Assembly: GCA_013239625.1 (NCBI GenBank)
Contig: MU053557.1
Coordinates: 5,653,842-5,717,841, forward strand
DNA: 64,000 bases
Direction of reading: 5' to 3'
DNA from: Lama guanicoe
Lineage: Eukaryota
The number at the start of each line of letters is the position of its first letter. Position 1 is the first letter of the stretch. Under the pieces are notes generated by a model. That model made no database searches, had not been told where the DNA came from, and was given only the letters and a program-made list of their open reading frames with translations. This document shows positions 34,331-47,965 of the stretch, in pieces. Position numbers and translations under genes: made by a program.

Positions 34331-36219
34331 ACAGAGGACTGAGGAGGGGCTGCCAGGACCCACAGAGACCAGAGTGCTGGAGAAGGGAGGCCCTGGGTGT
34401 AGGGTGGCAGGGGAGAGGCAGCGTGACATCAGTGACAACACTGTCATTGCTCTGTGAATAATAGTAGTGACACAGCCCTTACTTTGAATGCTTACCCGAC
34501 ATGCCAGACCCTGTCCCAAGCGAGTTACATATATCATCTCATTGAATCCTCCCCGTAACCTTACTAGGAGGCAGAAATTTTTATCCGCTACATTTTACAA
34601 CTAAGGAAACAAGTAGTCAACAGCCATCAGGGATGGTGCCACGATCTGAGCCCAGACAGTGACTCCAGAGTCCCAATACTTTTAATCTCGAATCCAGGCA
34701 TTTTCTAAATATCTGTTGAATGGATGAAAGAAAAACAGGGAATTGGCCTTTAGAACCCCAACCCTTTTCCTGGTCCCTCAAGCCCAGCCTGGAAGGCCCT
34801 GTACTTCCCATTCTTAGCAACAATTCATACTTCAATTTTCCCATGGGCTTTATGCCCTCCTCCCTTTGGAGGGAAGTTGTACAAAAGAGAATAAGGGGAG
34901 GGTGGGGAGAAGAAGTTGTGGTCCAGAGAGGGTGAGTCAGTTCACCAGAGAAACACAACCAGGAAACTGCAGCCTAGTGGGTGCTGGGGCTTGGAGATGG
35001 GGCCCAGCCAAAAGTCTCACCCTGCATCCTTTCTGGAAACCCTCAGTTTCGTCCTCCACAGGCTGGGACCTACCTGCTTCTGATTTGTTACAGAATCACC
35101 TGCAGTTTGAGCGTATGGCCCCTGGACCCTCTCAGCACTTAGCATGCATTACAGGGATTGCTGTCAATGCCTTTGTCTAATGGGGAGCAGGAGCCAGAAA
35201 TATGGAGTGTGTGAAGAGGGCTTAGCAACAGGGGGTTAAGGGGCCTGTGGGGCAATGGAGGGCAGCTCTAGCTTGGTCAGGGTCCTCTGGGCAGGTGCCA
35301 TTTAGTTAGAGATGCAGAGTGGGAGTAGGGGTCAGTCAGGTCGGGGGAAGATGGTGGGGAGGATTCTCAGGCTGAGATAACAGCTTGTGGGAAGGTCTTG
35401 AGCCAAAGGAAAACTTAGATTACTCAGGATCTCTTGTGGGGATCTTCTGTGTGATTGGAGGGGAAGGAAGCGAGGGAGGGCAGCTCAAAGACTGGGGGTG
35501 GGCCCCTGGGGGCTCAGGGTTAGGACTTTATGCCGTTGGGGAGAGGCTGAGGGCCTTGATGGGCAGCCCCTCTGTTTGCTCCCAGGCCCAGCTGTGTGGA
35601 GTGGGGGCAGTCTGAGTGGGGACGGTCAGGGCAGGGCCCCAGGGAGCTGCCTTACCCACCCTGAGAGGAGAGGAGGGTTGGAATGCCGGCTCTCGCCCGA
35701 CTGTCCGCTAGATGGCGTCTGATCTCCACGCTCCACAGGGAAGGCCAGGCCTTGGCTGGGGCTGGTACACTGGGGTGCTGAGGGCCGCAGAGTTAGCAAG
35801 AGGCTCTGTAGTTTCTGAGCCCAGAAGTGGGTTGAGGAGTGTAAGTGTGAGGGTGTGTGTGTGTGTAAATCTGCACTTCAGTCAGGCCATCCACCTTGGA
35901 CGTGGTTGAGAAGTGGCCTTGGTGTACATTCTCCCCTACTATCTCATCACACCCCCGGGAGCTCAGATTACTGTCCTCATTTTCCAGACTGGGAAACTGG
36001 GGCGGGAGAAGGTTAGGGACATTTCCAAGGTCATTCTGCTGATTCAGAGTGGAGTAAGTGGACAGAGATCGCCACCAAGCCTTCTAGAGCAGATTCGGGC
36101 CCCTGAGCACTTTGCCACACGGCAGCATCTGCTTGTGAAGGACCGACCTGCTCTGAGTCACCCCAGAGAGAAGAATAGCACCCAATAGATTGGTGGTACC
36201 AGGATACAGGTCCCGGGCA

Positions 36220-37040
36220 TTTATCCGTTTAGCACGTTTGTTGAGCGCCCACGGTGTGCCTGGCACTGTCCTAGGCACTGGTGAGCAATAAAGCAGTAGT
36301 AGCATAGACGTGAAGGCACAGTCCAGTTGGGGAGACAGCCAGACATTATACCCACAAACCGGCCAACGACTGTATCGTTACGGATTGTGAGCGGTGCTGA
36401 GAAGGAAACAGGCAGGTTGGAGGAGATCGCAGAGTGGGCTTGCTCTCAGAGGGAACAGGGACAGGACTGTGAGGAAGAGACCAGAGGGGGAGGAGGTGCA
36501 GCCATGAGGAGGGCAGGAGGAATGGCACTGGGGCAGAGGGGACAGCTAGTGGAAAAGCTGCCGAGGGGGAGAAGAGCTGAGGGACTGCACGGAGGTGGGG
36601 ACAGGCGAGGAGAAGGGAAAGGGGTGAGATCATGCAGGAGGCCAGGGGCCTGGGGTGCCCTGGCAAGGAGTGTATTTTACAGTCTACATACCGAGAGAAG
36701 GCTGAAGAGCTTTAAGCAGGGTGCACCATGCTGTGATTTGTGTATTTCAAGGTCCACGCTGGCCTTTTTTTGAGAATCAGGTGAAGATTGTTGTGCAGGT
36801 CAGAGATGATGGTGGCTTGGAGCATGGTGGCAGCTGTGAATGTGGAGGACAATAGCCAGATCTGAGAGATACTTTGGAAGTAGAATCGATAGGATTTTCA
36901 GATGGATTGGTTGCAGGGGTGAGGATGATTCCAGGTTCCAGGCTTGAGCAATGAGTGGGCAGTGGGGCCATTTCCTAAGATGGGAGAGCCTGGGAAGGTC
37001 ATGACTGGGGTAGAAGATGGGAACCAAGCTCAGGCCCTGG
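36220..37040 (-). mobile_element. L2 3' remnant, apparently resuming after the L1s near 38710
   Basis: tttgttgagcgcccacggtgtgcctggcactgtcctaggcactgg...; agagatgatggtggcttgga...aggtagaatc-like motifs. Confidence 0.65.
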
Positions 37041-37049
37041 GACCTTTAA

Positions 37050-37776
37050 TTTTTAAAAATTGAAGTACAATTGATTTATGATGTGTTAGCTTCTGATTCA
37101 GTTATGCATTTACATATACGCACATATATTCTTTTTCATTATAGATTATTACAAGATTTGAATCTAGTTCCCTGTGCTCTACAGTAGGACCTTCCTGTTT
37201 ACCTATTCTGTATATAGTGGTTTGTATCTGCTCATCCTAATTTATCCTTCCCCCAGCGTTTCCCCTTTGGTAACCATAGTGGTTTTCTGTGTCTGTGAGT
37301 CTGTTTCTGTTTTGTAAATAAGTTCATCTGTGTCCCTTTTTTTTAGATTCCACATATAAGTGGCATCGTATGTTATTTGTCTTTCTTGGTCTGACTTACT
37401 TCACTTTATATGATAATCTCTGGGTCCATCTATGTTGCTGCAGGTGGCAGTATTTCATTCTTTTCTGGCTGAGTAGTATTCCGTTGTGTATATTTACTAC
37501 ATCTTCTTTATCCAGTCAACTGTCGATGGACATTTAGGTTGCCTCCTTGTCTTGGCTGTTGTAAGTAGTGCTGCTATGAACATTGGGAGTGCATGTACCT
37601 TTCTGAATTGGGGTTTTCTCTGGATCTATGCCCAGAGTGGGATTGCTGGATCATACGGTAAATCTATTTTTAGTTTTTTAAGGAATTTCCATACTGTTTC
37701 TCACAGTGGCTGCACCAAATTATATTCCCACTAACAGTGTAGGTGGATTCCTTTTTCCCCACACCCTCTCCAGCAT
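37050..37776 (-). mobile_element. L1 3' end (older of a tandem pair)
   Basis: Antisense L1 3' UTR and ORF2 end (gatggacatttaggttg...gggattgctggatcatacggta...caccctctccagca). Confidence 0.88.
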
Positions 37777-38695
37777 TTATTTTATTTTATTTTATTTTAT
37801 TTTATTTTATTTTTTAATTGAAGTATAGTCAGTTTACAATGCTGTGTCAATTTCTGGTGTGCAGCATAATAGTTTAGTCATACATATACATGCATATATT
37901 CATTTTCATATTCTTTTCCATTATAGTTTACTATAAGATATTGAATATAGTTCCCCATGCTATACAGTATAAACTTGTTTGTTTGTCTATTTTATATATA
38001 GTAGTTAGTATCTGCAGATCCCAAACTCTCAGTTTATCCCTTTCTACCCCTTTCCACCTTGGTAACCATAAGTTTGCCCTCCATGTCTGTGAGTCTGTTT
38101 CTGCTCTGTAAACAAGTTCACCTGTCTTTTTGTTAAAGTCTACATATGAGTGGTATCATATGGTATTTTTCTTTCTCTTTCTGGCTTACTTCACTTTGTA
38201 TGACAAACTCCAAGTCCCTCTATGTTGCTGCAAATGGCATTATTTTATTCTTTGTTATGGCTGAATAGTATTCCATTGTATAAATGTACCACAACTTCCT
38301 TATCCAGTCGTCTGTTGATGGACATTTAGGTTGCTTCCATGACTTGGCTATTGTGAATAGTGCTTCTATGAGCATTGTGGTGCATGTGTCTTTTTGAATT
38401 AGAGTTCCTTCTGGATATATGCTCAGGAGTGGGATTGCTGGATCATATGGTAAGTCTATTTTTAGTTTTTTGAGGAATCTCCATACTGTTTTCCGTAACG
38501 GCTGCACCAAACTACCTTCCCACCAGCAGTGTAGGAGGGTTCCCTTTTCTCCACAGCCTCTCCCGTATTTATTGTTTGTGGACTTCTCAACGATGGCCAT
38601 TCTGCCTGGTGTGAGGTAATACCTCATTGTGGTTTTGATTTGCATTTCCCTGATAATTAGCGATCTCGAGCATCTTTTCATGTGCCTATTGGTCA
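37777..38695 (-). mobile_element. Younger 5'-truncated L1 with (AAAAT)n tail and open ORF2 C-terminus
   Basis: ORF 38220-38696(-) [26 protein letters not shown]...TLLHCWWE...YDPAIPLL...[27 protein letters not shown] is the L1 ORF2p C-terminus; (tttta)n at 37777-37815. Confidence 0.95.
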
Positions 38696-39899
38696 AGCCC
38701 TGTTATTTTTGAAGCCACTCATGTGACATCCTAGTAGAGAGATGGAACAGGCAGTTGTGGCGCTTTGGAAAGGTCAGGGCTGCTGAGGTAATTTCAGGAG
38801 CCTTTCAATAGTACTTACGTCAAGGGATTGGATAAGCTCACACAGCTCGCCATCCAGGCAGCTCAATAACGAGATAGTGAGGGTCCCATCACTGCAGGTG
38901 TGCGGGAATCCTGGCTGACGTCAGTCATGACTGCTGGAGAGGGGAGGCCCCTTTGAAGGAAGTGGAACAAAATGGGCCCTGAGGATATGAGAGACCAGGA
39001 CTCTGGTGGCCCTGTGTGAAGAAGCTGGTCAAGCTGACTCTGCTTCTTTGTCTGCCGAGATCTTCCTTCCCGGTGGCACTTCCCCCACTGCCATCTGGCA
39101 GGGCTCAGAGATACAGACCCTGGGGAGGGGTTGGAGGAGGCAGCCTCTGGGATGGGGCTGTAATTTCAGCTGGGGGCAGGGGTCCTGGGTTTCAGTGCCA
39201 CCTGGTGTGAGGTTCCTTTCTGGCCCCTCCCCCATGAGTCTCTCTGCTGACGGCCCCACCCCCCTCAACTGCTGCTACCGAGCCTCCCTCGAAGGAGGGC
39301 CAGGCCCAGGTTGCAGCTAGCTACATGTGGCGTTCCCACCTGGAAAGACATTGAGTCAGGTGGCCCAGCCTCCCTGGGGAGGAAGGGGAGGGGGTAATTG
39401 GAAGGGGCTGCCAAGTTTAATTAGTGGTTGTGAAGCCCTGGAACCTGCATCTGAGAGGCCCCCAGACTTTCATCTTCAGAACTTCCCCACCAGCCTGGAT
39501 GAAAGGGCCGGGGAGGGGCCAGGTATTAATAGTAATTATTAGTTTCGCTAATAAAGAGGAGAAACGGGATGATCAGCAAGCCTGGCTTGTTCTTCCCTCT
39601 TTGTCTACCTTTTCTCTCCTTCTTCTGGCTCTGTTTCCTTTCTCTTTCCTCTTTTCCTTCTTCGCCCCCTCTCCTCCCTCCCTCCATCTTTTTCTCTTTC
39701 TCTCCAAGCCTTACCTCTTCCATCTGTCCTTGCTTCAAGGCCTCAGGATCCGCCTGCCCCTCTGGGTCTCATTAGCTCTCTGTGTTGGGATGTCTGGGGC
39801 ACAAGGACATTCAGAGAGCATCTCTGTGCTTGTCTGGGGTGCAGAGGGAGGGTGGGAGGCAGTGTAGCAGGGAGAGGGGGGTAGGTGGGTGTCTGTGTC

Positions 39900-40390
39900 C
39901 ATTCATTCATTCATTCATTCACTGTTTTACCAGTAGTTACTGAACATCTATTGTGTGCAAAGCTCTGGATTGGGCCTCTGTATAGGGGTGAACAAAACAG
40001 TGCTGTTCAGGACAGACATGACCCTGCCCTGGGGGGCAGCATTCTACTGGGGAAGATGGATAATAAACAGTAAACTGCCAAGTACACATGAGGTCACAGA
40101 TTGATGCCCACTAGGAAGGGACAACTGGCAGATATGAGGAAGAGCTAAGTGGGTGGCCACTTGAGACTGGGGGATGAGGGAGGCTTCCCCAAGGAGGTAG
40201 CATTTGGGCTGAGAGCTGAATAATGAGGAGTTCCGAGAGAATGACTGAAAGAGGGGCTCACAGTGGGGAGAACAGCCTTTGCAAAAGCCCTGAGGTGGAG
40301 AAGATTGTGGACCATGTGAGGGTGTGAAAGGAGGATAAGGTGGCAGGAGGGGAGACGGAGAGGGAGAGGCCAAGGTGAGCCAGGGCAGGA
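39900..40390 (-). mobile_element. L2 3' remnant with (CATT)n tail
   Basis: cattcattcattcattcattc followed by tactgaacatctattgtgtgcaa and antisense L2 body. Confidence 0.65.
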
Positions 40391-43149
40391 GGGCACACGG
40401 GCAGGCCCCCTGTGCGCTCCACCCGGGCCCTGCAGCTGGTTGGATGCTCTGCTGTCACTGTCCTGGGATTCTTAATTTTTGAATAAGGAGGGTTCTGCAT
40501 TTCCATTTCGCACTGGGCCCCATCAGTTATGTAGCTGTCCCTGCTTGGGGAGGTCAGCAGAAGGAGCAAATGTCTGTGCATAGAAATACAAAGGCCGGTA
40601 GGCTGGTGTTTCATAAATGAATGAAGGGAAAAAGGAATCTGTGTGCATGTGCGCACTCATCTGTGAGGCTGTCACAGGGCCACGTAGGCCTAGACCGGGT
40701 GCGCTGTCCACACACAGCTGTGGCCCCAGCACACCCCAGAGTCCCGCAGTGCCTCCGACGTTTCCCAGGGCCCAGTGCTGGAGAGGCTCCCGGGGGCTGT
40801 GCGCACCAGGCCAGAAGCAGCACCATAAACAGGGGATGGGGAGGCCAGGCCCGGCCCAGGCCCCATTTTGGGAAGTAAGGTGACTCTTCTACCCCAGGTG
40901 GAGGCAGCCCTGTCCTGACTGTAAGACCTGAGACCTGGGGCCAGACAGACTTAGGTTCAAATTGCCTCCACACTCTGACTAGTGGATGCAAATAGCTGGG
41001 CTTGGGGCAGCTGATCTGCTTTTCTGAGCCTGTTTGCTCATCTGTAAAATGGGGATCACTACTTCTTAGAACTTCTGAGAGGATTAAATGAGGCACACAG
41101 AGGAAAGCTCTTGGCAGAGTCAGAACTAGGGAAATATTTGCAATAATAATAATAATAGTTATTATAATCACGTAAGTCACTCTCTGGAGACTTGGGTAAA
41201 CATTTGCTTCTGTCCCTAAATGTCTGCACAGTCATGACCATGTCTCTTAATCCTCCTGGGCCTCAGTTTCCTCTTGTGTTAAATTGGGGTGATAGCAGGG
41301 TAACACCTCTAACCAGGTGGTCAGGATGATCCACGCGATCATTGTGGAGCTTCCTTGAAAACTGATGTGCCTAGGTGAGTTGTAAGCACCTTCCTGACTC
41401 TCACCTCCCCCATCATGGGGCAGGTTTTCTCCAGTTCTGCACCCCTACTTGCACCCCCAGAGAGAAAACCACCCTTTAGTTCTTAGCAGCACATAGAACC
41501 AGCCCCTGCCTTCCCAGCCCTGAGTTGTTGCCCTCCCACTGGGAAGTCTGCCTGGGAGTGAACCTCAAGGTCAAGGTCTGAGGCTGGGCAAGGAAGAGGA
41601 AGGTCCACAAGCCGGGGCAGGGAGGGGAGGATGAGCTGAGGGAAACAAAGGAGCTGGAGCCTGGGTCCCCAGTGGCCTTGCTTCCTGCCTCCCTCTGGGC
41701 AGGAAGCAGCCGGAAAGCTGTGAGAATTAGTCTCTGACAAAGGGCCCGGGTGGCAGTCTCGGAGTGGGTAGAGCCTCCACTTCATCTCCCATGTACATCC
41801 CCAAAGGCTGATTTGCAGGATCCTCCAAAACTCATGGGAAGCCCTGAGCAGAACCAGCCTGGGAAGGGGAGCCCCCTCACCAACAGGAGTACTGGCCAGA
41901 GGAGCCCGGAAAGGGGAGAGCTCAAGGGTCCTCGGCCATGCGCAAGTGCAGACCATGGGCTCTGCGGGCAGGAAGGCTGGGTCCTCATCTAGGTGCTGTA
42001 GCTGAATAGCAATGTGACCTCAGGGCTACCTAGCCTCTGTGTGCCTCAGTTTCCTCATCTGGAAGATGGGGATAATAGTCACACGTTCTCAGAGTGTTGC
42101 TGGGAGAACTAAGAGCTCTAAGGTTCTTAGCAAGGCCTGATACATAGTGAGTGCTTTAGAAAGCTTAGTTATTATTACAGGCTTTTAAAAGTGAGGCTAC
42201 CCGGTGAGCTGTGACGGAGTCTGTCAAATCTCCCGATGGACTGGTTCAAAGCATTCCCTGATATGTTCCTGTATTCTTGGCTGGCAACAATCACTCATTC
42301 ACTTGTCTATTCAAAAAATATTTAGGGAGCATTTTTATGGCAGCAAAGTGTGGCAGATGAGGGGCCCCCAGAACTCATCGGTTCTTGGAAGGGCATTCAG
42401 GGGAGAGCTAACTGTGGGCTTAGTTTGTGTGCACTCAGATCCCCACCATCCTGGAGATGACGGTTAGCCAGTTAACAGGGGAGGGAGCGCAGGTGAAGTC
42501 ACGGACGCAGGATCACACAGCTCCTAAAGTAGCAGTCCTGGAACTCAACCTGGGCCCCCCTCACTCCAAAGCTGATGCCTTTCCAAATCTAGATTCCAGG
42601 CCCACCACCCTGTGGCACCTCCAACCCCCTCCTCCACACCTGCACTCTGGCAGAGCCAGGTCTCTAGAGGCCGCAGGGCTGGCTGTTTTCGGTGACCCTC
42701 TGTAGCAGGATTTTTCTCATTTCCTCCCTGGTTCTCCTGACCATGCAGAACAACCTTGGGGCTTTCCCCAGAGGGGAAACCCAGCCTGGAAGCAGCCCAG
42801 CCCGGGACACGTGGCTGCGGGTGACTGCTGGTGTTTGTCTCCTTAGCTGCAGAGCGTCTGGGTGCCTGGAAGTGCAGCAAGGTGGGGGAGCTCCCTGGAT
42901 GGGTGCTGAGCCAGTGATTCCCCAGAGGACTAGACTGGCCTCCCTCTGGCTCTGTAGACTAAGACAGATCATAGCCCCACTTTGGGCCTCAGTTTCCCCG
43001 GTGTAAAGTGGAAGGGTAACAGAGGTCCAGGACCAGGCTTTCTGTGTGGCCTTTGTGCTGGAAGTTTACGTACTGATGGCAAGTTCTCCCTCCCACCTTT
43101 CTTTTTGGGCTCTTGTGAGGATAACAGGGACTGCGGCTACAAAATGACT

Positions 43150-43250
43150 TTTTTTTAAGTTTTTTTTTTTTAATGGAGGTACTGAAGAATGAACCCAGGA
43201 CATGGTGCATGCTAAGCTTGTGCTCTACTACTGAGCTATACCCACTTCCC
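43150..43250 (-). mobile_element. tRNA-derived SINE (Vic-1-like), short-tailed
   Basis: Minus GGGTATAGCTCAGTAGTAGAG...CCTGGGTTCATTCTTCAGTACCTCCATT followed by A tracts. Confidence 0.88.
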
Positions 43251-44387
43251 TCAAGGACTTTGAAATGGAGAACAAAAATGAATGACTGGATGCAGAAGCT
43301 GATCACTGTCGACTGAGACCCTCTCCACCCAGCTCCAGCTTCTGCCTCCCCCAAACTTCTGCCTGTGCCCCAAGTTCCCATCCTCCAGACCTTCTGAAGG
43401 GCCCGTGGGCCTGGAGCAGGAGGAGCCTGGGTAAGAGTCTGGTTAGAACCAGGATGTCTCTGGGCTTGGCATAGGCATCTCAAAGCCAAGAAGTCACCCA
43501 CTTGGATACAACCCCTTGTATCCAGCAGCCTCCCGGACACCCTGCCATGCCAAATTTGTGCCTTGACTTTCCCCACAGGCAGAGATGGGACAGTGAGTTT
43601 GAAAATAGGAAGAGGAGACCTGTGGCTAACCAAGAGACATCCTTCTGGCAGAGCACAACACTCGCCTTATGCCTGGCTGGATTGGGAAATCCCTTCTGCT
43701 CCTGGGCCTCAGTTTCCCCATCTGCATTGTTCAAGGCATACATTACAGGACTAAGAGAGAGCCTTCTGAGGTTCAGTGTTGGGTTTCTGACTTCTGCCCT
43801 CCTCAGACCTCCAGGCCCTAGCTTAGAGCAGATGGAGACCAGTTCCACCCTCAGGGGCTTCCATCTGGGGTCTGAACCACACTCCCCAGCTCCATCTGCT
43901 GCAGCAGCTCCCACATGCTCTCTGAAGTGGACAGAAACCAAGGGTGGGAGGCAAGGGCACGCCCCCTCCCCAGGAGGACTCAAAGGCTGGAGTCTCACTT
44001 CCAGGCTTCTGCGCTTGGATGGAGCAATGGGCTGGAGGGATGGCGGGTGAGGCAGCTCCACATGGAGAGGCAGCACCCTGGGCTCACGGGTGTGCCGACC
44101 CCCTCTTCCACCTGCTGGGCTAGATAGTGGGGGCAGCTGAGGGGAGGGCTCCTGGCTCCCCCTCCCCCCACCCCACCCAGGGGCTCTGCAGGGGCCTGGA
44201 TTTCTTTCCACACAAAAGACCTATGGGGAGAAGCCTTATCCACAGGCAGAGTTGGGGCAACATTCTAATCTGGTGGAATCACAGTTGGAGCATTACAGAA
44301 CCTTAGTACACTGCAGAATTCTAGAATCTCAGATGCACAGCATCCCAGAATTTTAGAAAAGTGAGTCATAGATTTTAGGTTTCTGAA

Positions 44388-44680
44388 CTGTGCTGTCCAA
44401 CACTGTAGCCACTGGCCACATGTGGTTATTGAGCCCTTGAAATGTGATGAGTCTGAATTGAGAGGAGCTGTGTGTGTAAAATACACAGCTGATTTCGAAG
44501 ACTTTGTACAGAAAAAAGAATTTTAAACATCTCATTAATAATTTATTTATATTAAATACATGTCAAAATGATAACATTTTGGGTATACTGGGTTAAATAC
44601 AATGTATTGCTAAAATACATTGTTGTTTCTTTTTACTTTTTAAATGTGGCTACTAGAAAATTTGAAATTTCATGTGCATT
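44388..44680. mobile_element. MER33-like hAT-Charlie MITE
   Basis: ctgtgctgtccaacactgtagccactggccacatgtggttattgagc...aatgtggctactagaaaatttgaaatt. Confidence 0.78.
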
Positions 44681-46688
44681 GTTTCAGAATTTTAAAGAGA
44701 CAGAATGTTAGAGTGAGATTTCCAGATCTTTATATCTTTAGTTGACTGTGAGTCTTAGACACTAACTCTCAGAGCTGAGAAGAACCTAAGAATCCTAGTC
44801 CTTCTCCCCGCAATGCAGGGATCCTCTAGCCCTTCCTGACCAGCACTGACCAGCCTCCGCCCACCCCTCCCCTTCCCCCCGTGCAGAACGCACTGCCACC
44901 GAGGCTGCTGGGCTTTGGGGATGATTAGAGTCCCTGGGTGTCGGGGTCAGGGGAGAAATCTTCCTGCAGCTACTTCCACCCTCATGGTTGGTACCCAGAG
45001 CACCTTCTGGGGCTTCCCAGGACAGGTCTGCATACTTCTCCCCATGACAGATGTGCAGTCTGGATCCTGTCCTGCCGTCCCCTCCTGGTTGCAGGGCCTA
45101 CCTTGATACCTGTTCCTACAGGGGAGCTTCAGGAACCCTCCCAGCAGGGACCCTCAGCTCCAGATGAACTTCTCTGCTTCCCCGTCCCTCAGCAGAACTG
45201 TTGCTGGGACCCCAGTGATGGAGTGAGGGTCCCCCAGCCTCTCCAAATTTGTGTTCTGTTTGCCTATCTGGGTAACTGGCCTGTACCTTATGGGCTCTAG
45301 GCCTTGCCCTGCTCTCAGCTCCGGGAAGATATGTGATGGGTGACTACAGGTGCTAGGATGTGGGGCGACACAGGAATCAGGAGGTTGATTTAGGGTGCCT
45401 CATATCTGCCTGGAAAATGCTTCTTTCAGTTTTAAGAGACTGTGGGGAGGAAGAAGGAAGAGGCTTTCCCACTAACAGAGTCAAGTGTCCCAAGGCAGTA
45501 AGTCCTAAATAGCAATGACTCACTCAGGGAGCCTCAGCAATTCAGAAGAGGAAGATCAGAGGTCACTCGGGGAAGGTGTCCTGGAGGAGGTCAGACTAGA
45601 GCTGGAATTGAAGGGAAGGGGGTGCTGGTTAGAGTCACAAAGAAGTGGAGGTGAGGATATTCTGGTCCGAAGGGATGCTGTGCACACATGGCCTGTACCC
45701 AGGCCTGGAGGGTCCCAGGCTTCCTGGAGTAGAGGGATCAGAGGGTGGTAGGGCCTGGAGGGTGGGTCAGCTGGCTGAGGGCAGCCTGGGAGTTAGCCTC
45801 CAGGGAGGGATGTGTATGTACAATAGAGGGGAACCCCAATGAGCTGTAGGGAAGTGTTGGGTAAAGTAGCAGTAACAACTACAGCTATGCCAGGCACGGT
45901 GCTAAGTGGCTTCTTAATATTTCATTTAATCTCCTCAATAACCCTATGATGTAACTACTATTATCCCCATTCTACAAGTAAACAGTTGAAGCCAAATTAA
46001 GTGACAGTAAGTGAGGGCTGACCTTGGATTTCGACACAGGATAGTCCAACTGCAAAGCTCTTAAGCACGGATGGAGGGCGGTATTGGGGGAAGGGAGGTG
46101 GGTGGGGTGAGTGGTTTGTGCAGCGTATGAGTGAATGAGTGTGACCATGTTGTTTGTGAATGCGGGGTGGGGGTTATTCTTGCAATTTCCCTCCTGCTTC
46201 CCTCCCCCAACCCCAGCTCCATCTCAGGACAGACTCAGCCCAGACGGCTCTGTGTGAAGAGTGGGCCTTGGAATGAAAAGAATTTCCATGCCTGTTGGAG
46301 CAAATAACCCTAGACAAGAGTCTGACCACCATGCCAGTTTCAGAGCCAACTTTCCACCGGGGTCAGCACTCCCCTCTTACCCACTACATGCTGGCCTGTC
46401 TCCAAGGGCCCAGGAATGGTGTCTAGACTTGACCTTGGGAGTTCTTGCCTTGATGGTGCCACCTCCTTCTCAGCTTCTGATGCGCACGAAGCTGGGCAAT
46501 GGGGAAAGGTTCACGGGCAGGGGCCTTTGCAGGTTTGCTATGTCACTGGAGATGGGGCAGGCCCCTGATCCTCTCTGGGCCTCAGTTTCTCCATTTCGGC
46601 AAGGAGGCAGATTGTATTAGTTCAGGAATCATAAACTAAGACAACAAGGTAGCCCTGGAGGAGCATGCAAACAATCAAGGTGGGCCCG

Positions 46689-46691
<3 letters not shown>

Positions 46692-46726
<35 letters not shown>
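46692..46726. repeat. (TG)17 microsatellite
   Basis: Direct reading of the sequence. Confidence 0.95.
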
Positions 46727-46728
<2 letters not shown>

Positions 46729-46989
46729 GGAGTGTGGGGACCCAGGAAGACTGGACAGCAACTTCCAGACCGGGTGACCAAGCCCATCCTGTCTGCTTCA
46801 CTTGGTGGGGGCACTGGGATTCTGAGCCTCAGTTTCTTTAACTAGGAAGTGGGAGTTGTGACGCCCACCCAATACCCATGGGAGTGGTGAGAATAAACTG
46901 GAATAATTGATGGAAATCTTGAGAAGTCCCCTCCCCTCTTTGATGAATGTAATGTTTTGTTCCAAGTGACGTTAAAAGTATTTAGCTCC

Positions 46990-47965
46990 AAGTTCATACA
47001 ACTCAATATGGAAAAAACAAACAACCCAATTAAAAAATGAGCAGAAGACCTAAATAGACATCTCTCCAGCGAAGACATATGGGTGGCCAACGGACACATG
47101 AAAAGATGCTCAACATTGCCAGTTATTAGAGAAATCAAATCAAAACCACAATGAAGTATCACCTCACTCCAGTCAGAATGGCCATCATCAAAAAATCTGC
47201 AAATATTATAAATGCTAGAGAGGGTGTACAGAAAAGGGAACCTTTGGACACTGTTGGTGGGAATGTAACTTGGTGCAGTCACTATAGAAAACAGTATAGA
47301 GGTTCCTTAAAAAACTAAAAATAGAGCTACCATATGATCCAGCAAACTCACTCCTGGTATGTATCTGGAAAAAATGAAAACTGTAATTCAAAAAGATAAT
47401 ATACACTCCAATGTTCATAGCATCACTATTTACAATAGCCAAGCCATGGAAGCAATTTAAGTGTCCTTCAGCAGATGAATGGATAAAGATGTGGTTTATG
47501 TGTACAATGGAATATTACTCAGCCATAAAAAAGAATGAAATATTGCCATTTGCAGCAACATGGATGGACCTAGAAAATATTACACTTAATGACATTAAGT
47601 CAGACAAAGAAAGACAAATGCTATATGATACCACTTATATGTGGAATCTAAAAAAAGTAATACAGATGAATCTATGTACAAAACAGAAACAGACTCACAG
47701 GCGTAGAAAACAAACTCATGGTTACCAAAGGAGAGAAGGCTGGAGGGAGGTACACATTCAGAATATGGGAATAACAGATACAAACTACTATACATAAAAT
47801 ATAGAGACAACAGTTTCACTGTATAGCACAGGGAATTATATTCAATATCTTGTAATAACTTATAGTGGAATATAATCTGAAAATATATATGTAACTGAAT
47901 CACTTTGCTGTACACCTGAAACTAACACAATATTGTAAATCAACTATACTTCAATTTAAAAAAAA
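46990..47965 (+). mobile_element. 5'-truncated L1 (ORF2 C-terminus and 3' UTR)
   Basis: ORF 47411-47797 [55 protein letters not shown]; ends caactatacttcaattt then an A-tract; possible decayed TSD ttagctcc/ttagcttc. Confidence 0.93.

Noticed and set aside
38220..38696. 158-aa ORF as a host gene
   Set aside because: L1 ORF2p C-terminus of a 5'-truncated element.
42989..44211. 214-aa and 243-aa minus-strand ORFs
   Set aside because: They run through a SINE and MIR-like sequence, with no domain or coherent exon structure.
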